This document shows, one piece after another, positions 9,511 through 18,554 of a stretch of DNA of 64,000 nucleotides. This DNA comes from Spirochaetota bacterium (GTDB taxonomy: Bacteria > Spirochaetota > UBA4802 > UBA5550): contig JBNKTL010000004.1 of the NCBI GenBank assembly GCA_050298055.1, positions 81,335 through 145,334 of the forward strand, in the 5' to 3' direction. The notes beneath the pieces were generated by a model that made no database searches, was not told where the DNA came from, and saw only the letters and a program-made list of their open reading frames with translations. Position 1 is the stretch's first letter, and each line of letters begins with the position of its first letter. The translations under genes and the position numbers were made by a program.

Positions 9511-11184
9511 ATGTTTGACTATATTGTAATAGGTTCAGGTTTTGGGGGAAGTGTTTCCGCCATGCGGCTTTCTCAAAAGGGTTATAAGGTCCTTGTCATA
9601 GAAGCGGGAAAAAAATGGGAGGATGATGACTTTGCTGACCGGAACTGGAATTTAAGAAAATACCTGTGGATGCCAAAAATCGGTTTTTACGGAATCCAGC
9701 GAATGAATTTACTCAAGGATGTATTAATACTGGGAGGATCAGGTGTCGGCGGGGGAAGTCTTAATTATGCCAATACATTATATGTCCCGGAAAAAAATTT
9801 TTTTAAAAAAGACAGCATTAAAAGACTGGAAAAGAAAAGGCCGCTTATTCCCTATTATGACCTTGCAAAAAAAATGCTTGGCTGTACGGAAAATCCCTGC
9901 GAGACCGAACCTGACAGAATATTCAGAGAAGTCGCAGAGGAATATGGAAGAGAGGAGAGCTATACTCCAACCTCAGTTGCGGTATATTTCGGAGAAGAGG
10001 GGAAAAACAATCCTGACCCCTATTTCATGGGAGAAGGGCCTGGGCGCACAGGATGTGAGCTATGCGGAGCCTGCATGACCGGCTGCAAAAAGAACGCAAA
10101 GAACACACTTGTAAAAAATTATCTCTACTTTGCGCAGAAATTCGGCACTGAGATAATCCCGGAGCGGAAGGTTATTGATATTGTTCCCCTTTCCGAAGAG
10201 GGAGATGATGGATATGAGGTGACAACTGTCCGCACCACCGGCCTTTTCGGGGCCTTTCATCGGGAAACATTTAAAACCAAAGGAGTGGTTTTTTCAGCCG
10301 GAACCCTTGGTACTCTTTCCCTTTTATTGAAATTAAAACAAACAGGAAGACTTCCAAAGCTGCCTGATACAATCGGCAAAGAGGTCCGTACAAATAGCGA
10401 AGTCATTGCCGCGGCACGGTCCAAGAGAAGAAAAGCAGATTTCTCAAAGGGGGTGGCAATAACATCAAGTGTCTATCCCGATGAAAAAACCCATATTGAA
10501 CCGGCCCGATATGGACGGGGCAATGATATTATGGCATTTTTAAATGTCCTGATGACCGATGGGGGAGGTAAAATTCCCCGGCAGCTGCGTTATCTCGGAA
10601 ACATTATAAAGCACCCTCTGCTTTTCCTCCGGACTCTTAATCCTTTTGGCTATGCTCATCAGGCAATTTTCATCCTTGCCATGCAGACCCATGATAATTA
10701 CATTGACATCCTGCGTAAACGGCGCATCCTCTGGCCCTTCAGCAAATCACTTACCAATGTCCAGGCCACTGAAAAGAAAAATCCTGCATATATCCCCATC
10801 GCAAATGATTTTACCCGAAGAGTCGCCAGACGGATAAATGGATTTGCTGCAAATGCAATAACCGAGGTGTATATGAACGCTCCGATTACAGCCCATATTA
10901 TGGGAGGCTGTTCAATAGGCCGTACATCTGAATCGGGAGTAATTGATGAGCAAAACAGGATAAAGGGTTATCATAACTTTCTGGTCAATGACGGTTCCCA
11001 GATACCTGAAAATCTTGGTGTAAACCCCGCACTTTCAATTACTGCATTCTCTGAGCGTGCAATGTCCTTTATTCCGGTAAAACCGGGAGAAAAAATCAAA
11101 TTATTGAAAGTTGAAAAAAAATGGAAGATCAAGGACATTATAAATCCTCCAAAGAATACCTCAAAGTCAAAACAGAAAGGCTGA
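9511..11184 (+). CDS. GMC oxidoreductase, cholesterol oxidase (ChoD)-like
   Basis: IVIGSGFGGSVSAMRL FAD motif, GSGVGGGSLNYANTLY, CELCGACMTGC, AKNTL, TAHIMGG, NLGVNPALSITAFSER. Confidence 0.9.
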   Translation: MFDYIVIGSGFGGSVSAMRLSQKGYKVLVIEAGKKWEDDDFADRNWNLRKYLWMPKIGFYGIQRMNLLKDVLILGGSGVGGGSLNYANTLYVPEKNFFKKDSIKRLEKKRPLIPYYDLAKKMLGCTENPCETEPDRIFREVAEEYGREESYTPTSVAVYFGEEGKNNPDPYFMGEGPGRTGCELCGACMTGCKKNAKNTLVKNYLYFAQKFGTEIIPERKVIDIVPLSEEGDDGYEVTTVRTTGLFGAFHRETFKTKGVVFSAGTLGTLSLLLKLKQTGRLPKLPDTIGKEVRTNSEVIAAARSKRRKADFSKGVAITSSVYPDEKTHIEPARYGRGNDIMAFLNVLMTDGGGKIPRQLRYLGNIIKHPLLFLRTLNPFGYAHQAIFILAMQTHDNYIDILRKRRILWPFSKSLTNVQATEKKNPAYIPIANDFTRRVARRINGFAANAITEVYMNAPITAHIMGGCSIGRTSESGVIDEQNRIKGYHNFLVNDGSQIPENLGVNPALSITAFSERAMSFIPVKPGEKIKLLKVEKKWKIKDIINPPKNTSKSKQKG

Positions 11185-11207
11185 TTTATGAAATAAAATT
11201 ATTTCCA

Positions 11208-11451
11208 TGGTTGGATATGAAATTCCCCAGGCTGTAGAAGATATAAGCTGCCCTGCCGTCTTTCCCTGCGATTTTCTCCACCGGTTGAAGGATATGGGGA
11301 TGGTGCCTGATGACCAGGTCCACACCTGTTTGAGGATAAGTGTTACAGGACTCTGATCCGGTTGAACAATTCAGTACGGGCTATGGATAAAGAGAGCCTC
11401 CTTTCCGTGGAACTGGTCCGTGAGATCGAGGCCACGGCGGAACTGGTTAAA
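11208..11451. repeat. Chimeric duplicated fragment: copy of 12288-12408 (capA) joined to a degenerate copy of 6653-6751 plus 6827-6849 (rtcA-like)
   Basis: Direct alignment: 5 differences in 121 bp versus capA; 12 differences in 99 bp versus rtcA-like, then a 75-bp internal deletion. Confidence 0.9.
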
Positions 11452-11911
11452 ACGATTATATAGAACTATGTGTGCATATGTTCAGAAAATAAGAAAAAAC
11501 CGTCATAACGAGAATAATAGTAAGGTTTTAATTTAAATCCCATATGTATCACTTATTATAAGCACTATAATTGCTAATATATACAATACATAATATATGT
11601 CAAATAATTTATAAAATGTTTAAAAATAGTTGAGTTTTTCCCGCTGGTAACGGTAATCCCACACGTATTTTTCTCCCGGCAGGCATGTCGTCATTATCTA
11701 GAGCCTCAACGAAGATGCCGGGGGGCTTTATGAAAAAGTATCTGTGTATATCAGGGATTTTTTTCCTTATTACGTTCGTATCAGCGGAAAGTCTAAAATA
11801 AAAAAATAGATGACATTCCCAAAGTAACACCGTATCCTTTTCTGAAAAGGTCCTGAGAACTTTTTTTTGTGTATTGTTTTACTAAACAGTCAGGTGAAAA
11901 GAAGTACCGGA

Positions 11912-13156
11912 TCAATCTGTGAGAGGATTACCCCCGGTCTCCCCTTCAATGATCTTTATCTCCGGGAACCCGCCGTTTCTGAAGAGGACTTTTTTTATCG
12001 ATGACACCCTGGCTAAAAGGATTTTTACTTTTTTCTCAATCTGAATCTTCCTTCTGCCTTTGGATTTTTTCAGCTTCTCCTTAAGCCTTTCAATTTCATC
12101 AAAGAGGGGGACTGTCTGTATCACCCGTTTTCCTTTTCGGTCGCTCCTGATATTTACCGTGGTAATGGGCAGCAACCTGAATCCCGGTATAATTTTTTTC
12201 TCCTTTTTTGTAAGGACCGCCGTTACCACCACAGAGTCACGAGTACTGGCCCGGAGATTCTTTCCCCCTATCCTCACACTGCTGCTCTGGTTGGATATGA
12301 AGTTCCCCAGACTGTAGAAGATATAAGCTGCCCTGCCGTCTTTCCGTGCGATTTTTTCAACCGGTTGAAGGATATGGGGATGGTGCCTGATGACCAGGTC
12401 CACACCTGCTTCCACGTATTTCCTGATCAGGGCCCTGTCCTTTTCCAGGGGGACAGGGGAGTACTCTTTCCCGGTGTGTAAAACCATCACCAGGTAATCA
12501 CACCGCTTCCTGATATTTTGGATATCCTCCAGAATTTTTTTTCCGGAATAGAAATTGTTTATGTAATAACCGTTCTGCTTTTTAGGGATCCTGTAGTTTA
12601 ATACACCGGTATATCCGATGAATCCAAACCTGATCCCGTTGATCTCCTTCACAACTCCCTGCCTGGCGGCTTTTTCGGTTGAATCAACACCGAGATAGCT
12701 CATGCTGTATTTCTTCAGGTGCTCCAATGTGCTCCTGACTCCCCTGTCGCCCTGGTCGAGGATGTGGTTGTTCGCGATGAACATCATGCTGAACCCTCCC
12801 TTCTGCATGGCGGGTATCACGTCCGGGTAACAGTTGAATATCCAGGGAACGCTTTTAAAGGGGGGGGATACGGGGAACTCCATATTGCCCACGGTGATGT
12901 CCGAGCTCTTCAGGTACGCGGAGGTTTTTTCAAAGAGAAAGTCGTATCCCCTGTTGTTCAGGGTACATTTTTTTTCTTTCGATTTTTTTTCGTGGTGCCG
13001 TGCCGCGGTCCTCACCGGCATATGCATGATTATGTCCCCGGTAAAGGAGAGAATCGCCTTCCTCTCCGGTTTTGAATAGCAGCCGGTGGATAAAAGAAAG
13101 AGGAGAGAAAAGGAGAGTAAAGTGTTTTTCATTGGGCCGGATATATTTTTATTCAT
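11912..13156 (-). CDS. CapA/PGA_cap family metallophosphoesterase lipoprotein
   Basis: LSFTGDII, GNMEFPV, IANNHILDQG, LHTGKEY, RHHPHILQPVE, YSLGNFISNQ; lipobox LSTGC. Confidence 0.9.
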   Translation of the reverse strand: MNKNISGPMKNTLLSFSLLFLLSTGCYSKPERKAILSFTGDIIMHMPVRTAARHHEKKSKEKKCTLNNRGYDFLFEKTSAYLKSSDITVGNMEFPVSPPFKSVPWIFNCYPDVIPAMQKGGFSMMFIANNHILDQGDRGVRSTLEHLKKYSMSYLGVDSTEKAARQGVVKEINGIRFGFIGYTGVLNYRIPKKQNGYYINNFYSGKKILEDIQNIRKRCDYLVMVLHTGKEYSPVPLEKDRALIRKYVEAGVDLVIRHHPHILQPVEKIARKDGRAAYIFYSLGNFISNQSSSVRIGGKNLRASTRDSVVVTAVLTKKEKKIIPGFRLLPITTVNIRSDRKGKRVIQTVPLFDEIERLKEKLKKSKGRRKIQIEKKVKILLARVSSIKKVLFRNGGFPEIKIIEGETGGNPLTD

Positions 13157-13445
13157 GCAAAAATTCGTAAATTAATTTTATCAAAGGGTGTCTTTTTAAT
13201 AATCACTTTTACATTTTATGCATAAAATATGTCAAGAGGTATTGTTTTTAAGAGAGGTTCCGGAAATATATTCTTCCTTGGGATTTCGAACTTGTACTTT
13301 AAGATATGTCGAACTCCAGGTTCGAAATATCTTAATATTCCAATAATCACGGGTCCGGATTTTCAGTGACACTCTATTAATTTTATGATTGCAAATTAAA
13401 AGCGGCTTTTTATATGTCAATATTTCAGTATTTATAAAAAAATAG

Positions 13446-13583
13446 TAACTACTCAGCTATATATGAAATAAGATGAACTAATAAACAAAATATACCTGAT
13501 ATGTGCCCGCCGCCTTCGGCGGCGGGCACATATTATTGGTTTTTTATTATATATACATATTTTGCCATATAGCTGAGTAGTTA
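13446..13583. mobile_element. MITE-like element: perfect 17-bp terminal inverted repeats and a central 16-bp-stem hairpin
   Basis: TAACTACTCAGCTATAT (13446-13462) / ATATAGCTGAGTAGTTA (13567-13583); internal ATATGTGCCCGCCGCC-TTC-GGCGGCGGGCACATAT (13499-13533). Related copies elsewhere in the window. Confidence 0.7.
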
Positions 13584-13619
13584 AAAAAAATAAAAGAGCT
13601 AGCATCTTAATAGATCATT

Positions 13620-14486
13620 ATGATTTTATTGAATAAACAGCGAAAATCTCTCTTTAAATTCCTTCTTTGTGCACTTCGTGATCTTCGTGGTGGGAAAAAT
13701 CTTACTCTGAATATTTTAAAAGTTATAATTATCGGAACTCTCACAGGCCTCATCTCCTGCGCCACCCTGAATGGAAATAAGAACGGAAAGGAGATCGAGA
13801 AGCTTAAGTCGGAGAACCATGTTATCCGGAAGAGGATCCTTCTTATTGAGCGGAGGAACAATATCCTGGAGGAAGAGAACATAATCTTCAAAAAGGACCT
13901 CAAGCAGAAGGACGCGAAGATAAGGAGTCTCGATTCCAATATGACTTCACTGAGGAGTAAATATAAAAATGACCTGAATCTCTGGACAAAGAAATATGAA
14001 AATATCCGGGAAAAAAATGCCATACTGGAAAAGAAGAGCAATGAAAAGATCAAAGAACTTACGGAACTGAACAGGAATATTGAAGAGACCTTTACGAAAA
14101 AAGTGAATGAACTCAATGACCTCTTACGGACAAGGGAGCGGATGTACGCGGGGGATATTGAGAAGCTCACAAAGGAGTCTGCTCAGAAGGAATTTGATCT
14201 TTCGAAAAAGATCGAGGAGCTGAAGAAGACCATAAACGTAAACGATGAGAAAATACTCTCCCTTGAAATAAGTATCAAGGAACTGGGGAAGCTCCTGGAA
14301 AAGCAGAAATCCGAAACAGGGGAGAAGGACAGGACCATTAAAGAGTGTCTCGAAAAAAACAGCATGATGAAAACCGTGCTGGACAATCTCAGGAAGAAGC
14401 TTGAGGAAAAAAGCAGAGAGATTGAAAAGCTCACGTCCCTGAATGAAAAGATTGAGAAGAAAAAAATCCCGGAAAAAGAAAAGTAA
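13620..14486 (+). CDS. Coiled-coil lipoprotein of unknown function (true start probably downstream of 13620)
   Basis: Hydrophobic stretch ending in LISC (lipobox), then ~230 aa of E/K-rich heptad sequence. Confidence 0.65.
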   Translation: MILLNKQRKSLFKFLLCALRDLRGGKNLTLNILKVIIIGTLTGLISCATLNGNKNGKEIEKLKSENHVIRKRILLIERRNNILEEENIIFKKDLKQKDAKIRSLDSNMTSLRSKYKNDLNLWTKKYENIREKNAILEKKSNEKIKELTELNRNIEETFTKKVNELNDLLRTRERMYAGDIEKLTKESAQKEFDLSKKIEELKKTINVNDEKILSLEISIKELGKLLEKQKSETGEKDRTIKECLEKNSMMKTVLDNLRKKLEEKSREIEKLTSLNEKIEKKKIPEKEK

Positions 14487-14550
14487 CGGTGAAGGAGAGA
14501 CCCGGACCGGGAAAAAAGGCCGGAAATGAAGAGGAGATAAAAAGATTTAC

Positions 14551-16674
14551 GTGAATAAGTACAGGTTTATCAGTACAATTCTTTTTATCTCTTTTTTTTC
14601 CACGGGAAGCGCATTTGCCGGTACTTCTCTCAGGATCGTTATCACGTCAAATCTCTCCGGGGCTTTCTCGCCGTCCGCTGAAAACCAGGAAAAAAATGAT
14701 CCGGTCATTCTCACCGGGCAGTCGGTGATTTCGGAAAAAAAGAAGGGGGCCGATATTTATATCGACCTGGGGAACGCCTTCTATCCCGGTGTTATCGCAA
14801 AGTACAGCTTCGGGTCAGCCATGATGGACTTTTTTAAGTATACCGGCTGCGACCTGACCCTTGTCTCCTCTTCCGACCTGATGCTGGGGACCAACACCCT
14901 TGAATTTCTCCGGAAGGGGAGCAGTACCCGGCTTGTATCGGGGAACCTTTTGCAGAAAGGGAAAAATATCTTTCTCCCCTATCGCCTGGTAAAAAGGAAG
15001 AACCTCCGGATCGCGTTTATCGGCCTCTCATCCAGAAAGATCTTCGTAGACATAGCGGAGAAAAACCTCTATGAAGTTGAGCTTGGTGATGAGCAGGATA
15101 TATTGAACAGGGCGCTGGGGGATATTAAAAAAGCCGGTATTGAATACGTTGTTCTCCTGTCGGGCCTTGATGACAAAACAAATCTTGCTCTCCTGAACAG
15201 GTTTAAAGAGATCGATCTTGTCATAAGCGGCGCGGACAGGAGGAGAGGGATTTTCGATGAAAGGATCATGAGGATGGATGCGGCGGATTCCCGTTCCCTC
15301 ATAGGCGCTTACAGGGGATCGGGCTACTATCTCCTGGACCTCAATATGGACGGGAAAATTGAAGTGAAAAACTTCCGGTTCTTCAGGTCAGTCTACCATA
15401 AGACAGAGAGCAAAAGCTACCGCGAGTTCATAAGCAGGATCACCCGGTGGAAGGAACACTACCTGCAGAAAACAGGGAAAATAATTGCAGTTGCAGAGGG
15501 GAGGGTCATCAGGCTCAACGGCACTCTTGCCTCACACCTCATGAGGGACATCTTTAACACGGAGATCGCTGTTCTCATGAGGGACTCCGTAACATCATTT
15601 ACAGGCGCGGATTCCGTCAGTGAGTCGAGTATCCTTGCCGCCATTAATGATATTTACCCTGTGTTTGTCTTTACCCTGAGCGGAAGCGAGGTGCTCAAAA
15701 TAAAACCGTTTCTGGAGAGGATGATCACAACAGGCATTAAAGAGAAAAAGGTACAGGGGTACGATATTAGCCCGGAGAGGCTCTACAGGGTTTCCGCGAC
15801 CCAGCCGGTTTTCGAGATGATGGAGAAGGAGCTCGGCAGAAAAATAGAGTATACAAACACCTGGAAAAACCTTGCCGAGATTGTGGTTTCGGACCTTAAG
15901 GGTAAGAGGGCCCTGCTCAAAAAAGATTTCGGCTACATTGACAACAGGTTCCGGATGACCGTTGATGTTCTGCTCTCAAACTTTTTCCAGAGGAGCACAA
16001 TCAGGAACAGGGACAGGATTGACCCGCCCACGGGCCAGTCCGGGGAGTCTTATGAGAGATGGGGAGTTGAGGACAGGATTGACTTTACCCTTTATAACAG
16101 GTATCACAGGTTTGTGCTTACACCCTATATCCATTATGTAAAAGAGGGAGAGGAATATATAAATAACCTCCTCCGGGGGACTTTTCTCTACAGCCTTAAC
16201 TTAGGATGGCTTATTCATCCCTATCATAAACTGCAGGCTGATTCGGTTGTATCACGGGACGAGGGGAAGAGGCCCACCATTATGAGGGAGACCGTGGGAG
16301 GAAACATCGAGAGCGGTTTTATAACCGGAAAGATCGGTATCGGTTTTGAAAAACATATCCATGATGAACGTGAACCTGCCATATACGGTTTTGAGGCCCT
16401 GCTGACCGTGAAATATGATTTTCTCAAGATGTTTTCTTATTCGCTCAGCCTGGATTCTTTTGTTTCGTTCAGTTCCGCGGAGAGGATCATGCAGGACCAG
16501 GGTTATCTCAGGGGTGAGATCGAAAACAAGCTTTCGCTAAAAGTGACAACATTGATAGATCTTTCCTTCAAACATAAGTACTATCACTATTACCTGTTTG
16601 AAGAGGATAAGAAGTTTACCGAGTCACTCTTTGTCACTTCTCTGGACCTTAAGACAGACTTTAAGTTATTCTAA
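14551..16674 (+). CDS. Secreted 5'-nucleotidase-like (degenerate) domain fused to a C-terminal outer-membrane beta-barrel-like domain
   Basis: Signal peptide; LRIVITSNLSG, IDLGNAF, LVSGNL, IAFIGL, VVLLSG, IDLVISG follow the nucleotidase fold. C-terminal ~240 aa of amphipathic beta strands ending in DFKLF. Confidence 0.65.
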   Translation: MNKYRFISTILFISFFSTGSAFAGTSLRIVITSNLSGAFSPSAENQEKNDPVILTGQSVISEKKKGADIYIDLGNAFYPGVIAKYSFGSAMMDFFKYTGCDLTLVSSSDLMLGTNTLEFLRKGSSTRLVSGNLLQKGKNIFLPYRLVKRKNLRIAFIGLSSRKIFVDIAEKNLYEVELGDEQDILNRALGDIKKAGIEYVVLLSGLDDKTNLALLNRFKEIDLVISGADRRRGIFDERIMRMDAADSRSLIGAYRGSGYYLLDLNMDGKIEVKNFRFFRSVYHKTESKSYREFISRITRWKEHYLQKTGKIIAVAEGRVIRLNGTLASHLMRDIFNTEIAVLMRDSVTSFTGADSVSESSILAAINDIYPVFVFTLSGSEVLKIKPFLERMITTGIKEKKVQGYDISPERLYRVSATQPVFEMMEKELGRKIEYTNTWKNLAEIVVSDLKGKRALLKKDFGYIDNRFRMTVDVLLSNFFQRSTIRNRDRIDPPTGQSGESYERWGVEDRIDFTLYNRYHRFVLTPYIHYVKEGEEYINNLLRGTFLYSLNLGWLIHPYHKLQADSVVSRDEGKRPTIMRETVGGNIESGFITGKIGIGFEKHIHDEREPAIYGFEALLTVKYDFLKMFSYSLSLDSFVSFSSAERIMQDQGYLRGEIENKLSLKVTTLIDLSFKHKYYHYYLFEEDKKFTESLFVTSLDLKTDFKLF

Positions 16675-16679
16675 AATAT

Positions 16680-18269
16680 CTATTCCAGCTTGAACTTCTC
16701 CAGGGACTTCTCCATGCCATGGGCTATTCCTGTCATGGTTGCCGAGTATTCATTGATCTTGTTAAGATCATTGAGGAACATCTTTATCTCGCTGAGGAGG
16801 GATATGATGTTTTTTGATATTTCCTTTATGTCACCGGTCTGTTCATTGCTCTTCCGGTGAAGGTCTTCAATGATCTCATTGACCGTGTTTGAGATAGAGA
16901 TGATCTCCTTAATTGAAACGCCGATCTGCTGCGCCGATGTGAGGCCGTCATTCATGAGGAGGTTGCTCTTCTTTACAATCTCGGCGGCATGTTTTGATTT
17001 CTCCTGTATCTCGTTGAGCTTTGCGGATATTTCCTTGGTAGAACTGGTTGTCAGATCGGTGAGCTTCCCGATCTCAGACGCGACCACGGCAAAACCGTGC
17101 CCGTGCTCACCGGCCCGTGCCGCCTCAATCGAGGCATTCAGAGAGAGGAGACTTGTCTGGTCGGCAATATCGTTAATGGCGCCGATAATATGGTCGATCT
17201 CGATGCTGTCCTTTTCAAGCCGGGTTATAATGTCTCCCGCTTTTACCATCTCCCGGGATATCTCTTCGATTTTATCAACTGTTTCGGCAATTATTTCACC
17301 GCCTTCCGACGCGAGCCGGACGTTCTTAACTGAATTATCAGAGCTCTCCCGTATGGAACCGGAGCTTTCAAGGATCTCTTTTTCGATTTTCGCGATGTAG
17401 TTTTCAATATCATTTATCTGTGAAGAGTGCTTGGTAATATCTGAACTAAGTTTATTTATGGATTCGCCGATATGCACGATGGAGTTTGACACATATCCCG
17501 CGCTCTCTCTCAATTCCGTGAAGGAGTCTTTCAGCATTCCGGTTGCGCTGTTATACCCGGTAAAGAGTCTCATGATTGTTTCGTCACTGCTTGTCTCATT
17601 GATTGAGGCAGTGAGGTCACCGGAGGCCACAGTTTCAATTGAATTGAGAATACGGTCCACATTGAGGTCCAGGTCCCTGCTGTAAATTTCCCTCTTCTCC
17701 TTCTCTTTATTGAGGACTTTCATGTAGTAGTAGATGGCAATGAAGGTAACCATGGATACGGCGATAATATTCATGCCGAAGAAGAATGTTGTGGCTCCGT
17801 GTGATACCCGGTCCAGTGCCAGTGAACTGAAATAGCTGTCAGAGACAAGTGAAACGATGACTAATGTTAAATAAGTAAATATCCAGAAGATGGAGCCCCT
17901 GGCGCTTTGAAGAATTATTGAACCGAATGGCGCCATGAGAGACCAGAGCATGACCGAACCGCTCTTATAAAACCCTCCCAGTACCCACTGGAGCAGCACC
18001 GGTATTATCAGTATCATGGTAAGCTGGACAATGAGAAGGACCCTGTAGGTCTTGAAGAAATAGTAGAAGAGAAGCGCAAGGCCCACAACAGCCGAAAATA
18101 TCCAGGGAAGGTACATGGCCGTATAAAGGCCGAAGTAAACATAGATACCGCCCCATCCAAGTCCTGCCAGAGTACAGGCACTGCTTATTATCAGAAGAGC
18201 CGTGACCTTCCCGGAATCAACCTGCTTTTCTTTTTCCGTCATTACATCAATATGTACATGTTCATCCAT
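16680..18269 (-). CDS. Methyl-accepting chemotaxis protein with 6-TM N-terminal sensor anchor
   Basis: [33 protein letters not shown] signalling hairpin; HAMP-like segment; about six TM helices. Confidence 0.93.
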   Translation of the reverse strand: MDEHVHIDVMTEKEKQVDSGKVTALLIISSACTLAGLGWGGIYVYFGLYTAMYLPWIFSAVVGLALLFYYFFKTYRVLLIVQLTMILIIPVLLQWVLGGFYKSGSVMLWSLMAPFGSIILQSARGSIFWIFTYLTLVIVSLVSDSYFSSLALDRVSHGATTFFFGMNIIAVSMVTFIAIYYYMKVLNKEKEKREIYSRDLDLNVDRILNSIETVASGDLTASINETSSDETIMRLFTGYNSATGMLKDSFTELRESAGYVSNSIVHIGESINKLSSDITKHSSQINDIENYIAKIEKEILESSGSIRESSDNSVKNVRLASEGGEIIAETVDKIEEISREMVKAGDIITRLEKDSIEIDHIIGAINDIADQTSLLSLNASIEAARAGEHGHGFAVVASEIGKLTDLTTSSTKEISAKLNEIQEKSKHAAEIVKKSNLLMNDGLTSAQQIGVSIKEIISISNTVNEIIEDLHRKSNEQTGDIKEISKNIISLLSEIKMFLNDLNKINEYSATMTGIAHGMEKSLEKFKLE

Positions 18270-18554
18270 GACTACCCGGTTGTTTGATTAATATTATCCA
18301 TGACTCCCCGTTGCTTGCTGTGACAGGGAGATGGCAGCTTTATTTATTTTTCTCTATTTTTTGAAAAAACGTCTTTTTATACAGGTACAATTTACATAAA
18401 AAATTTTTTTATTTTTTTCCCATTACTGGTTCTTTGTGATCATTCTCTCTAAAATAATTTGATCGTTTTATCCAGATAATTTAATCATTTATATTTTGTA
18501 TACGAATTTTTTATATATTTAATAAATTCCCCGGGAGGGGGAGACCTGTCTTTT

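Noticed and set aside
11730..11801. 23-codon ORF resembling a signal peptide (MKKYLCISGIFFLITFVSAESLK)
   Set aside because: Stops immediately after the leader; at most a remnant, with too little evidence to call.
11208..12408. Diversity-generating retroelement (template/variable repeat pair plus an RT in the window)
   Set aside because: Differences between the copies are not adenine-specific, the matching genes are not lectin/Ig-type targets, and the only RT is a group II intron protein 40 kb away inside its own ribozyme.
18264..18322. Short imperfect direct repeat of the MCP start region (ATCCATGACT...GTTG)
   Set aside because: About 25 bp, two copies; a small local duplication with no evident function.
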